NCBI GenBank assembly: GCA_963796105.1
Contig: CAWCKJ010000008.1
Location: forward strand, 96,001-160,000
From: a candidate division FCPU426 bacterium
GTDB taxonomy: Bacteria > Oederibacteriota > Muellerivitia > Muellerivitales > Muellerivitaceae
Length of the DNA: 64,000 nucleotides
Direction: 5' to 3'
Shown: piece after piece, positions 53,946-64,000 of the stretch
How positions within the stretch are numbered: the first letter of the stretch is position 1
Layout: the number at the start of each line of letters is the position of its first letter
Notes under the pieces: generated by a model
Databases searched by the model: none
The model's input: the letters and a program-made list of their open reading frames with translations, nothing else
What the model was told of the DNA's origin: nothing
Made by a program: the position numbers and the translations under genes

Positions 53946-54686
53946 TTATTTTCGACCTGCCCTTCGGGTTTTCCGCATGGATTCTCCCTTCATGGTGATC
54001 TTGTGAGCGTTGTGCACCAAACGATCCAGGATGGCGTCGGAAAGAGTTGGGTTTCCCAAAGCGTCATGCCATTTCTCCACCGGAATTTGGGCGGCTACTA
54101 GAGTGGACTTGCGGTCGTAGCGATCTTCCAGAATCTCAAATAAAGCCCGCCGTTGTTCATCTACCAATGGCATGGAAGCCCAATCGTCCAAGATCAAAAG
54201 ATCAAACTTGGCCAGGTAGGAAAGAAGTTTTAAATACTTTCCGTCCACCCGGGAGACAGCCAATTCCTCAAAGAGCCGGGGGAATCTCAAGTAAAGAACC
54301 CGATGGCCTTCCCGGCAGGCCTTTTGCCCAAAGGCACAAGCTAGATAACTCTTGCCCGCCCCTGTGGGCCCCACAATCAGACAGTTATCGTGGTCTGAAA
54401 TCCATCGGCACGAAGCCAGGGACATCACTTGGCCTTTGTCCAGCCCTCGGGGTTGCTTGAAGTCTAAATCTTCCACACAGGCGTTCAAGCGAAGCTTGGC
54501 CGTGCGGAGGCGGCTTTTGAGCTTTTTGTTCTCCCGTGTCGTCATCTCCCGGTCCACCAAAAGCCCAAGTCTTTCTTCGAAACTCAAGGATTTGCAGTTC
54601 TTGTTTTCTATCTGCTCCTTGTAAGCCGTAAGCATTCCTTCCAGGCGTAAGTCGGACAGCTTTTCCAACATCGGTTGAGCCAACAT
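53946..54686 (-). CDS. istB: IS21 helper ATPase IstB
   Basis: GPTGAGKS, LLILDDW, AILDRLVHNA..I...GESMR. Confidence 0.95.
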   Translation of the reverse strand: MLAQPMLEKLSDLRLEGMLTAYKEQIENKNCKSLSFEERLGLLVDREMTTRENKKLKSRLRTAKLRLNACVEDLDFKQPRGLDKGQVMSLASCRWISDHDNCLIVGPTGAGKSYLACAFGQKACREGHRVLYLRFPRLFEELAVSRVDGKYLKLLSYLAKFDLLILDDWASMPLVDEQRRALFEILEDRYDRKSTLVAAQIPVEKWHDALGNPTLSDAILDRLVHNAHKITMKGESMRKTRRAGRK

Positions 54687-54696
54687 ATTTTCTCCT

Positions 54697-56254
54697 TTAG
54701 TTTTGAGTTTGGTAATACTCCGCGCCTCTCACAAACTCATGGGTGAGGGCGGGTAATACCGGCTGTTCGGACTCAAGGGGTTTTTGATCCAGTCCCAACT
54801 TGAGGATGGACTCGATGTTGTGATAACGGGGAGAAGGGATGCTCGAGGCCCTGCGGCAGGCTGCTTCCAGACGATCCTTGCCGTATTTTTTGCCCAACCT
54901 CATAATGCCAAGACAAGACCTGTAACCCTGCTCAGGGTGGAAGTGAGAAGCCAATATCTTCTCCACCACGGCCCTTGTGGCTTCACCCGACTCACCCGCC
55001 CATTGGGCCAACCTCACCGGTGTCCATTCGGCATACTGGCGGTGGCCTTGAGGCATATGCTCCAAAACCGTTGTGTGTCGGTGCTCAACGAAAGATCGTG
55101 CGTGACTGGCCACTCTTTTGCCTTGGTGGAAGATTTCCACCACACTAGAGGTAAGCCGGACATCCAGTTGTTGGCGCACCAGTTGGTAGGGCACGCTGTA
55201 ATAATGCTTTTGGACTTCAACGTGGTAGTCAATGTTCACCCGAACCTTTTTCCATTCAGCGAATTCGTAGGGCTGTGAGGGTAGTGGCTTCAAAAGGGGT
55301 TTTTCCAGGGTTTCAAAGAGGGTTTGGCGGTTGGAAGAAAGCTTTTGGAAGGGCCGCTGGTTGTAGACCTGAAGGAGTTCCCAAATGGCTTCATTGAGTT
55401 CTTGAAGGGAGAAGAAGGTACGGTTGCGCAAAGGAGCCAGGATGCGGCGCTCTACCCCTTGAACTCCCACCTCCACTTTTGCCTTGTCCCGAGGTTTGAC
55501 TGGGCGGGCAGGGAGAACGGCGATGCCGTAATGCTCAGCCATTTCCTGATAGGTGCGGTTGAGGAAAGGTTCATACCGATGGGCGGTGGTAACTCCGGAC
55601 TTCAAATTGTCCGGGATCAGCAGTTCGCAAACTCCACCCATGAACTCGAACGTTCTTACGTGTGAGGCGATCCAGTTGGGCAGTTCCTGGCTCCAAGTGG
55701 CTTCCACGTAGGTATAGTTGCTCGCTCCTAGCACGGCCACGAAGATACTGGGCTTCCCTCACTTCGCCGGTTTGACGATCCACTACACCCATGGTCATTC
55801 CGGCGTAGTCCACGAACATCTTTTCACCGGCCTTGTGGGTCTGCCGCATCACCGGCTCCAACGTCTTCTCCCACTGTCGGTAATGCACGCGGAACTGTGT
55901 GTACTGGTAGCCTTGAGGGTTGGCCTGCTGGTATTCCTCCCACAAAAGCTGGAGGGTAACCCCTTTCTTTTTGAGTTCCTTGTGGAGGTATAGAAAATCA
56001 GGAAAGGGTCTTGAGGCGTTTTTTTCGAACTTTAAAGGGCCGGAGGGAAAAAAGAGTTTCTCCAACTGCACATCGTTCAATTCTGGTGGCAGGGGCCAAG
56101 TGAGTTGGGCTTGAGCCGCCTTCTTGAGGAACCCTTGGATGGTTGTCCGGCCAACCCCGATGGCCTGAGCCATCTGTCGTTCACTGAGGTTTTTCTCGAA
56201 TCTCAACCGCAAAACTTCACGAATCTGGCGCATAGGTATCCTTGCTCTTGGCAT
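54697..56254 (-). pseudogene. istA: IS21 transposase IstA with a +1 frameshift
   Basis: Two ORFs join as [13 protein letters not shown] if one extra base at ~55747 is removed; could be a sequencing error. Confidence 0.88.
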
Positions 56255-56360
56255 GGTTCCTCCCGTTGATAGTGTCCAACGGGGAGTCACCGTACCATTT
56301 TGGTAAGGATTCCCTCTGTCGCTTGGTCCTAAAAGCTCCTCAATAAACTATCCGGCAAAG

Positions 56361-56455
56361 GTGGCCGGATTGGGCCGTCACAGGTGGCCGCTTTGCTCCG
56401 TTTTAGGTGGCCGGATTCAACCGTTTTGGGTGGCCGCTTTCGTCCGTTTTACGCA
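56361..56455. repeat. IS21 subterminal 23-bp-period repeats GGTGGCCG(GATT/CTTT) x4
   Basis: Four direct repeats; inverted counterparts at 53730-53792. Confidence 0.85.
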
Positions 56456-56461
56456 CCCAAC

Positions 56462-57067
56462 TTGAAAAAACGACTTTGACGCTCGACGAGAGCCCGCATA
56501 GCAACCTTACTTTGGCGAGAGATCATGGTGTCAGTTTCCCAATGACCGAATTGTTTACGCTGGTTGACAGCCTTGGGTCTCTTGTCGATGGAAATACGGC
56601 CTGGGATATGGTTTTTTGCGTGCTTGCGACTGTGACCGAAGGAGAGACGTCGCCGGTGGTGTCGAACCAGGCAAGGAATCAGATCAGTGGCTTCAGCGTA
56701 AACCCACTGATAGATAGCTTCAGGGCCAATGCTTTGCTTTGGCTGTAGGTGACCTAAACGACCTGAAATGAGTTCCGGGGACCAGCCTCGTTTCAATTGA
56801 CGGCGAACGTAGGCACGATTTCATTTTGTTTTCAGGCGTAAACGGCGAGCCCGTTGTTGATTGCGGGCAACATACCGTTAATGTGCCCGATGAGAAAGAT
56901 AATAACCAGAGCAGATGGGGGGGAGCATTGCGCTTGAGTTCTCGGGAGAGGGTGGAGGGGGACCTCTTCAAGGCCCGGGAAATGGCTCGAAGGCTAAGGC
57001 CCTTTCCTTTCAAGACGGATAAATGATCTCTTTCTTCGATACTTAAATGCTTGTAGTTCTTTTTCAT
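56462..57067 (-). pseudogene. IS30 transposase, N-terminal fragment (frameshift and stops)
   Basis: YKHLS.EER, RSPSTLSRELKRN HTH; WSPE.IS, EAIYQW.Y, GHWE.DT; frameshift in a C-run near 56920 and in-frame stops. Confidence 0.88.
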
Positions 57068-57350
57068 GGCCGCATATCCTATTCATGCGGCCTTCTTCAG
57101 GCACTAAGTGTTGTACTTACTTATGGAACTCGGGATTAATATTTTTCCAAAAGTCTCCAGAGTTTTAGTTTAGTCAAGAATGATCCTGCGGGGATCTGAT
57201 ATTTCGTACTTGAAAAGTTGAAGCTAGAAGAAATGTAATTGTAGGTATGAAAAAATTTACAGATAGAAGCAAATACTTATCTTATTTCCAATTTCGTCAG
57301 AATAAAACAAAGAGTAGAATTTGTATTTTATTAGGAGGATTAGAATTTTA

Positions 57351-58338
57351 AATGCCTCTCCAAACGGTACCTGTTGAAATAAAGGAATACAGGAGTATAC
57401 TCATTGTTGGAGGGGCAAATTATGAACTACCAACGGATGAAGGGGATTGAGATTTTCAAGGAAATCGATACAGAAGAAAAGGCACGTCAATGGGTGTGGA
57501 AGAGCCGTTTTGCCGGAAAAGACTTTGTTTGCCCACAATGTGAAGGAGAAAGTTTCTGGCAACACAAAAACCGCCCCGAAGTGCGGGAATGTGACTATTG
57601 TCGAAAGCAAATACGGCTTCGAGCCGGAACGATCTTCCGGAAATCCAAGATCCCAATCTTAACCTGGTTGAGGATGATTGGATTGGTGATGCAAGGGAAA
57701 AGGGGCATTTCAGCCCTGGAACTTCAGCGGCAATTGGGAATGCCCTCCTACGATACCGTTTGGAGGATGTTGCATAAGATTCGGGAAAGTCTTCGACAAA
57801 GGGATGAAAATTACCAACTCAAGGAAATCATTGAGTTGGATGGGGCTGTATTCGGCAAGAGAGAAAAGGAAAACCAGGCTGAAGTGCTGGTGGCGGTTGA
57901 AAGCAAAGAATGGATAGATGAGAAAGGGCGCAAAAAAGAGAAAGCGGGTTTTGCAAAGATAAAGGTGACCGCAGAAACCAAGTGGGAAGCCCAAGCATTC
58001 GTCGATCAAGCAATCCAGAAAGGCGCCATGATAAACACGGATGCCAGTCCCAGCTTGAGAAACTTGGAAAACGTGGATGTGGAGTACCAGGTAACAGCCA
58101 ATGACCCAGTGGTGTTAAATCACTGGTTACCTTGGGTCCACCGATTCATTTCCAACGCCAAGGCTTGGATCCTAGGAACCCATCATGGAGTCAACGTGAA
58201 ATATCTGCCTGGATACTTGAGCGAATATACTTATCGGTTCAATCGTCGCCATGACCCAGATTCCTTATTTCACCGGGCCTTAACCGCTTGCGCTTTGGCA
58301 AAACCCATTACTGCGCAAGCGTTGTTCGGATAGGCATG
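57351..58338 (+). mobile_element. IS1595-family element (type b), copy 2, 988 bp
   Basis: 8-bp target duplication GAATTTTA (57343-57350, 58339-58346); inverted relative to 23676-24663. Confidence 0.95.
57422..58333 (+). CDS. IS1595 transposase (type b)
   Basis: Protein identical to 23681-24592. Confidence 0.93.
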   Translation: MNYQRMKGIEIFKEIDTEEKARQWVWKSRFAGKDFVCPQCEGESFWQHKNRPEVRECDYCRKQIRLRAGTIFRKSKIPILTWLRMIGLVMQGKRGISALELQRQLGMPSYDTVWRMLHKIRESLRQRDENYQLKEIIELDGAVFGKREKENQAEVLVAVESKEWIDEKGRKKEKAGFAKIKVTAETKWEAQAFVDQAIQKGAMINTDASPSLRNLENVDVEYQVTANDPVVLNHWLPWVHRFISNAKAWILGTHHGVNVKYLPGYLSEYTYRFNRRHDPDSLFHRALTACALAKPITAQALFG

Positions 58339-58555
58339 GAATTTTACATTTGTATTAAATGAGAGAAACGGTTCGGCTAATTGGATAGAAAAGCTTGAGT
58401 TATAAACGCAGGATATCATTGGCACATTTAAATTGAAGGGGTAGTTTCCCGCAGATCAAATAAGGAACTGATCAAGGTATCCAAACGACCAAATTCAAAG
58501 GAGATGCCTGTAAAAAAGTAGAATGTTGAAAGCTAGATCAAAATACCTTTCAACA

Positions 58556-58690
58556 GTCGTCCAAATTGATGAAGCCAAGCTTAAGGATCACCTGGGGATG
58601 GTCGTGCAAAATACAGTTGAAAATACTCTTAACCAGATGTTGGACGCTGTAGCGGATGTATTTGCGAGGGATAAATTATGAAAGAAGTCA
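58556..58690 (+). pseudogene. IS256-like transposase N-terminal relic
   Basis: Hand-translated VVQIDEAKLKDHLGMVVQNTVENTLNQMLDAVAD then YERS in another frame; resembles IS256 N-termini from memory. Confidence 0.55.
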
Positions 58691-58783
58691 ATATCTGTTA
58701 GAAAACGGAATAAAGAAAACCCGTTAAAACCCTTGGGGCGGTCCCGGGGTTTTAGCGAGTATGAATAAAGCGTATTGAGAGAC

Positions 58784-59248
58784 TTAAGACAGAGACGAAT
58801 TAGAAGTTGCTACCTCTTGTTCTTCCTTTTTAAAAATTTGGTTAGAATTTTTGTGAGAGCCTTTTGTTAAGCGATATCCAGCGGCTTCTAACGCTTGTTT
58901 CCAGCTACCGAATTCTCTGCGGGCTGCAGAATAAAGGGCCAAACGATCACGATATGTCGTTAATAAATTTTTGGAATCGGCTGATCTAACCAAATCAAGA
59001 ACTTGGTCTTTTGACCATTTAGTTAATTTTTTTCGGCGGCGAGATTTTCCCGCCTCCAAAATCTGCTCGTAATCAATTCCGGCTGCTTTTATTGCATTTG
59101 CCCAACTTGCAAAATAACGTCTGGAACAAGCGGCGGTAAAAAGGGGAATATAATTCTTGGAAATATTACTGGCGGAAATATCAATGTTTTGTTTTTGCAA
59201 ATCCTTTATAGTCTCAACAATTTTTTCTTTAGACCATTTTTGCTTCAT
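58784..59248 (-). CDS. Small basic protein of two homing-endonuclease-associated-like repeats; putative DNA-binding
   Basis: Two KWSK..(I/V)...L(F/Y).AA..R.F.SW..A..AAG units; AGGAG RBS; no nuclease motif. Confidence 0.75.
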   Translation of the reverse strand: MKQKWSKEKIVETIKDLQKQNIDISASNISKNYIPLFTAACSRRYFASWANAIKAAGIDYEQILEAGKSRRRKKLTKWSKDQVLDLVRSADSKNLLTTYRDRLALYSAARREFGSWKQALEAAGYRLTKGSHKNSNQIFKKEEQEVATSNSSLS

Positions 59249-59312
59249 TTTTCGTTCTCCTTGTAATTTAGATAAATAAAGTGGAAAAATTGAAAAGACT
59301 ATAACCTAAGCA

Positions 59313-59360
59313 ACATTATGATATGTTATGACATGTTATGACATTATGATTTACATTAGG
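59313..59360. repeat. Short tandem array of TTATGA-containing units
   Basis: ACATTATG ATATGTTATG ACATGTTATG ACATTATG ATTTACATTAGG upstream of 58784-59248. Confidence 0.6.
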
Positions 59361-59386
59361 TTGTGATGAATATTATTAAAATATTT

Positions 59387-60372
59387 TATGCTTATGCACA
59401 AAGTGACCGTGCTGTAATGGGTTTTGCTAAGGCACATGCGGTCAAAGCACGGTGAAATAAGGAATCGGGATCATGACGACGGTTGAACCGATAGGCATAT
59501 TCACTTAGATACCGGCCTAAATACTTAGCATCAACGCCATGATGAGTTCCAATGATCCAGGCCTTGGCGTTGGAAATGAACCGGTGTACCCAGGGCAACC
59601 AACTTTCCAACTCTTTCGGGTCATTGGCCATCACCCGGTAGTCTGCCTCCACTCCTTTGAGTTCACGCAAGGCTGGCGAAGCATCTGTGTTGAGGAAAGA
59701 GCCTTTTTCCATAGTCTGATTCACGAATTCCTGGCTCTCCCACTTGGTTTCCATAGCTACCTTCACCTTGGCAAAACCCGCTTTTTCCTTCTTGCAACCA
59801 TTCTCATCCACCCATTCCTTGCTTTCCACCGCCACCAAGACTTCCACTTGGTTTTCCTTGGCCTTTTTCCCAAAAACCGCCCCATCCAACTCAATGACGC
59901 CCTTTAGAGTATAGCTTTCGTCCTTTTGCCTAAGACCTTCCCGGATCTTATGCAATAGAAGCCATGCCGAATGATCCGAAAGATTTAAATGCCGCTTCAG
60001 TTCCAGGGCCGAAATACCCCGTTTGCCCTGCATCATCAAACTGATGGCCCTGACCCAGGTTAAAAGAGGCAGCTTGGAGCTTTCAAAAATCGTCCCGGCG
60101 CGAAGCCGAAGACGTTTCCGGCAATAGTCACATTCCCTCACTTCAGGCTTGGCCTGGTGTTGCCAGAAGCTTTCGCCCTCACATTGGGGACAAACAAAGT
60201 CTTTCCCGCCGAAACGGCATCTCCACACCCATTGGCGGGCTTCTTCTTCCGTGTGGATTTTCCTCAGAATTTTAATGCTTTTCATCCGCTGGTAGCTCAT
60301 GTACCACCTCCCGTAGCGGACAGTATACCTATGTATTCCTTTATTTCAAGGGTCACTTAATACAGAAGCATG
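59387..60372 (-). mobile_element. IS1595-family element (type a), intact, 986 bp
   Basis: 8-bp target duplication AAATATTT (59379-59386, 60373-60380). Confidence 0.95.
59392..60300 (-). CDS. IS1595 transposase (type a)
   Basis: Zn ribbon plus IELDG/NTD/YRFNRR. Confidence 0.93.
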   Translation of the reverse strand: MSYQRMKSIKILRKIHTEEEARQWVWRCRFGGKDFVCPQCEGESFWQHQAKPEVRECDYCRKRLRLRAGTIFESSKLPLLTWVRAISLMMQGKRGISALELKRHLNLSDHSAWLLLHKIREGLRQKDESYTLKGVIELDGAVFGKKAKENQVEVLVAVESKEWVDENGCKKEKAGFAKVKVAMETKWESQEFVNQTMEKGSFLNTDASPALRELKGVEADYRVMANDPKELESWLPWVHRFISNAKAWIIGTHHGVDAKYLGRYLSEYAYRFNRRHDPDSLFHRALTACALAKPITARSLCA

Positions 60373-60800
60373 AAATATTTTAATGGGACATTTAGGAGCC
60401 AGAAAACAATAAATCGTGTAATTTAAACAAGTTTATATATTGTCAAGTATTTAATGGCTAGAAAGCCTTATAAAAGACGCATGAGTTACTTTGGGACAAC
60501 TTGCAAGAATTTGATCAGCCCCTAAATACTTTCAAATAATAGTACTAAGAATTTTTGTCAATCATTATTCCGAATATCCAAATTTCGTTAAAGGAATGAT
60601 CGTATTTAAGTTAGATAATTTCCGGTTTCTAAAGAAAATGCGTGTTCTTTGGACATAAAAGAAATTACTAGTTAAATAAACATGAATTATTCACCAATGG
60701 GGTAATAAGCTAACTTATCTCCAATCATTAGATTCAATGACTACTATTCAAATTTAGATTGTTTAAATCAATTTACCTATTCACAAGGCAGGTATTTTAA

Positions 60801-61511
60801 GTGAATAAAATAAAATTAAGCATTCAACTAATTATTTTCTTTTCACTTTCTTTGGTTCTGTACTTTCTTTTTTTATCGATTGGATCATTTAATCAAGTTG
60901 ATCACGTTTTCCCATTTGCGTTTGGAAGTTTAGATCAAAATAAAACCAACGGATTTTTAAATATTATTTTCGCATCCACGTTCATTATCGCATTTTTGGG
61001 TTCGATCCTAATAGCGTGGATTCCCAGATTGAACCCGGGTATTGCCTCCAATCTATTGGCGATGACTTTTTTTTATCTTTGGTTATTAGGGACGTTAAGC
61101 GCAAAAAACCATAACCATTTCAGTATTTATTACTTATCAATTATTTTGGGGCTGATATTTTTATATCTATTTTTTTATATTATTGACGCTTGCCTCCCCG
61201 AAGAAACAAATCGGAATTCAACTCCAGAATGGATCCATAAAATTGTCATCGGCTGGCTCTGGTGTTGGATGGGATTTTATTTCATCCTTTCTGCTATTTT
61301 GGCTTTAGAATCATTTGGATATTCACACGATAGACTTTATTATTCTTTTGGCTCGTTGGCGCTTTGTTTTTCTTATTTTCTTGTTTATTTGCATTTGAAA
61401 AATACGAAACAAAAAAGCTTCACGATATTTTCTTTCGCGGGAAGAATGGTTTTCATTTTTTGGTTATTTTTATTATTTGTTTTATGGGTGGCCCAAAAGA
61501 TTCTGATTTGA
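60801..61511 (+). CDS. Polytopic membrane hypothetical protein
   Basis: About 7 hydrophobic segments; AT-rich. Confidence 0.65.
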   Translation: MNKIKLSIQLIIFFSLSLVLYFLFLSIGSFNQVDHVFPFAFGSLDQNKTNGFLNIIFASTFIIAFLGSILIAWIPRLNPGIASNLLAMTFFYLWLLGTLSAKNHNHFSIYYLSIILGLIFLYLFFYIIDACLPEETNRNSTPEWIHKIVIGWLWCWMGFYFILSAILALESFGYSHDRLYYSFGSLALCFSYFLVYLHLKNTKQKSFTIFSFAGRMVFIFWLFLLFVLWVAQKILI

Positions 61512-61761
61512 CGAATAAAAATATTGAAACCTCTGAAAAACTAAAATAAAGTTTCGAACAGAGGTTTCGACCCCTTAGATTTCCGCAGGCTTTGGTTTTG
61601 GGGGTACATAGAGGATTTTCCCTAAGATCGCCGTCAAATCGGGAGTTAAGATCAATGATTGCTGAAAAAACCGACAATATGCGACTTTTTCAGCACTTAC
61701 ATATTTTATAAACCATTCCATTCAACCCCAAGCTTTAAAGACTGGTATGATCAATGTATTA

Positions 61762-63405
61762 CCTGAATTTTGCGCCTAATAAAAAAACCATCTAGGAAAC
61801 CATTATAGGATAAGGGTTGCGAAGCCAACTCATCCTAAAAGAGGGTCCCCCAGATGGTGAAACGTCAAGATACGCCTCAGAAATCAAACCCGCAAGTCCA
61901 GAAAAAAGCCAATCGAAACGGGAGAATCGCGCCCAAGATTACGGCCAATACTCCCGTAGGTATTTGCGAAGACCGCCTAACAGCTTTTGGCGGATTGTTG
62001 GCATTGGCGAAGATGTTCGACCTTCTTGATTTTGAGCGGGAATTCAAAAAACACTATGCCGCACCTAAACGCCTTCCGAATTTGGGCCACTACCGGATGG
62101 TAAGCGGCATCCTAATGCTTCTTTTCATCGGGTTTCAAAGGCTTGGCCATTTTGCCTACCTGAGGGGTGAGGTCATGCTGTGCGGTTTACTGCGGGTTCC
62201 CTTGTTGCCGGTAGTGACAACTTTTTGGAGATACCTGAGGTCGCTGGGGATCGGGCAGTCGGCATCGTTGCTGAATCTGAGTGGGGCGTTACGGGCCAAG
62301 GTTTGGGGACAGGTGAAATATGCCCCCAAGAAGGTGGAGATCAACATCGATACCACCACCGCAACGGTCTACGGAAATATCGAGGGAAGCCGAAAAGGAT
62401 ACAACCCCAAGCACCGGGGCAAGAAGGGACTGAGGCCCATTCTGTGTTTTCTCCAGGAAACCCGGGAATATTTGTGCGGAACCCAAAGACGCGGAACCAC
62501 CCTTAGTTCTGAGGAAGTGGCCCGCCAAATTAGACAATTCCGGCGACTCTTGCCGTCCTGTGTCCGGACGATTCTGGTGCGCGGTGACGGTGAAATGATC
62601 GGCTGGGAAAGCGTGAAAGCCTGTGAAAAAGAAGGGTTTTCTTTCATCTTCGGGAACAAGCGGCATGACCCGCCTTTCACGAAAAAGGGTTGGTACCGCC
62701 ATGGAGAACACGAATACAACGAATGTGTCCATCAACCCATAGGCTGGCAACAACCAGTCCGGTTTGTGGCGATGAGGACGCTGGATGAAAAAGCGCGGGA
62801 GAAACAATTGAGCCTTCCTGAAATGGAAGGATATGTCTACCGAATCTTCGCGACCAACTGTCTGGGAGCACCCCATCGGGTGGTTGAGGAATACGACCTG
62901 CGCGCGGATGTGGAAAACCTGATTGGTGAGGCGCAACGGGAGGGGTTATTAGCAATTCCCTCTAAGAGTTTCCAAAGCCACCATGCTTTTTTCCAGATCG
63001 TGATGCTGGCTTACAACCTCTGGAGGTGGATGAAACTAATGGTGGGCCATTGTGGAAAAGAAAAGCGACCGGGAAAGAAGCCACAGGAGAAGGAACAGAT
63101 CACCATGCCGGACCATACCCTTCGGATCGCACGTTTGAAGATGCTCTTTGTAGCCGCCCGAATCCAGTATCACGGCCATCGGGATGTGGTGAGGTATTCA
63201 ATCCATGATGATAGGACAGCGGGCCTATTGGGTTTCCTCAAATACCTTGATCGAAAACGATTGGAAAGACCCAGGGCGGCCTAGAAGTGGCTTGGTGCAA
63301 AAAATTCTTTGCACATAAGTTCACTTCTGATGAAAATGGCCACTGTCGGGTCCCGATTCAGGCCGATCTGGCCACGGAATCGGTAAACTCGGTGCAAAAT
63401 TCAGG
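61762..63405 (+). mobile_element. IS1380-family element, copy 2 (1644 bp)
   Basis: Same IRs as copy 1; 5-bp target duplication TATTA. Confidence 0.93.
61854..63284 (+). CDS. IS1380-family transposase
   Basis: Protein identical to 15006-16436. Confidence 0.9.
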   Translation: MVKRQDTPQKSNPQVQKKANRNGRIAPKITANTPVGICEDRLTAFGGLLALAKMFDLLDFEREFKKHYAAPKRLPNLGHYRMVSGILMLLFIGFQRLGHFAYLRGEVMLCGLLRVPLLPVVTTFWRYLRSLGIGQSASLLNLSGALRAKVWGQVKYAPKKVEINIDTTTATVYGNIEGSRKGYNPKHRGKKGLRPILCFLQETREYLCGTQRRGTTLSSEEVARQIRQFRRLLPSCVRTILVRGDGEMIGWESVKACEKEGFSFIFGNKRHDPPFTKKGWYRHGEHEYNECVHQPIGWQQPVRFVAMRTLDEKAREKQLSLPEMEGYVYRIFATNCLGAPHRVVEEYDLRADVENLIGEAQREGLLAIPSKSFQSHHAFFQIVMLAYNLWRWMKLMVGHCGKEKRPGKKPQEKEQITMPDHTLRIARLKMLFVAARIQYHGHRDVVRYSIHDDRTAGLLGFLKYLDRKRLERPRAA

Positions 63406-63530
63406 TATTAATAAACCAACATGATCAGAAGCTTCAAGGGTTTGAACCCCTACTTTTCACTCAAGGATTGACTTGATTTTAACCGAACTGCAAACTAATG
63501 GCGATATATGAACGGGAAGGACGTTGATTT

Positions 63531-64000
63531 ATGAGTTGGGCCTCAGTTTTAATTCTGCCCGTTTTACTTACAGCGTTGGGAAAGGGCTGGAAATACATTC
63601 TAGAGACGTCAGAAGATTTGAACTTAATTCGGGTTTTGGAACCATGGTATTGGTTTTTATTCTTAAATCTCGTTTTGAGCTTGATCACTTCTTATTATGA
63701 TTATCAATTTATTTATGTCGGCTTTTTATTTCAAGTTGCCCTATGCGCCTGGTTCTCGATTTCCATGTCCTGGATCGTAAAAATTTGTCCCCATAAAAAG
63801 GCAATCCAATATCACAGTTGGTTTCAAAAGGGGAGACAAGCAAGGTTTTGCTATCGATGTGGAACTCGCCTGCCGAAAGATCATCATGGGGTGGTTATGA
63901 ATGTAATGTCATGGGAAATTTATATTTTCCAAATCCCTCCTCATCTTTTTAAATATGTCATATTTTGGATCATTCAATCCGTGATGGGATTAATCTCTTT
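63531..64000 (+). CDS. Membrane hypothetical protein, 3' end outside window (not in ORF track)
   Basis: Hand-translated frame MSWASVLILPVLL... open to the window end; hydrophobic segments plus CPH...CYRCG; AAGGA upstream. Confidence 0.6.
   Translation, partial: MSWASVLILPVLLTALGKGWKYILETSEDLNLIRVLEPWYWFLFLNLVLSLITSYYDYQFIYVGFLFQVALCAWFSISMSWIVKICPHKKAIQYHSWFQKGRQARFCYRCGTRLPKDHHGVVMNVMSWEIYIFQIPPHLFKYVIFWIIQSVMGLIS

Larger units (their letters stand above)
53718..56455 (-). mobile_element. IS21-family element (2738 bp), second type
   Basis: TGCGTA...TACGCA termini; 6-bp target duplication CCCAAC (53712-53717, 56456-56461). Confidence 0.95.
53336..57133 (-). mobile_element. IS30-family element, degenerate, interrupted by IS21
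   Basis: Imperfect ~28-bp IR (..AGTAAGT.CAACACTT) at both ends; transposase pieces 57067-56462 and 53717-53342; end positions approximate. Confidence 0.85.

Noticed and set aside
55740..55755. Programmed frameshift in istA
   Set aside because: No slippery run at the junction; a single-base insertion or sequencing error explains it
56361..56455. 23-bp-period repeats as CRISPR or iterons
   Set aside because: Lie at the IS21 end with inverted counterparts at the other end; no cas or rep genes
61550..61640. tRNA-like fragment (GGTTTCGACCCC)
   Set aside because: No cloverleaf could be folded

Overview
Bacterial chromosomal window, probably from a diderm cell because it encodes a beta-barrel outer-membrane protein; the lineage cannot be identified from sequence alone. 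It opens with a PhoH-family ATPase (partial), a four-helix-bundle gene, pdxA, rsmA and glmS. Next come an outer-membrane protein with a long structured leader, rpmE-prfA-prmC (minus strand), yajC, an HTH-receiver regulator, coaE, two membrane GAF-GGDEF cyclases, rho and a LysM/M23 peptidase. The core cluster rpoB-rpoC-str-S10-spc-alpha runs from 24.9 to 52.7 kb. Nine insertion sequences cover about 13.8 kb (about 22%): two IS1595 types x2, IS1380 x2, IS21 x2 and one IS30. Both IS21 elements are nested inside other IS elements, and there is also an IS256 relic. The most notable non-routine signals are: (i) a four-helix-bundle gene boxed by a 36-bp inverted repeat of tandem heptamers inside a housekeeping operon; (ii) a ~330-nt seven-hairpin leader RNA before the outer-membrane protein; (iii) an attenuator-like rpsL leader; (iv) a G-rich tuf inside an AT-rich ribosomal cluster; (v) a stand-alone HNH-associated-repeat protein with a repeat array upstream. 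No rRNA, tRNA or CRISPR array was seen. All calls are by eye, without database searches.
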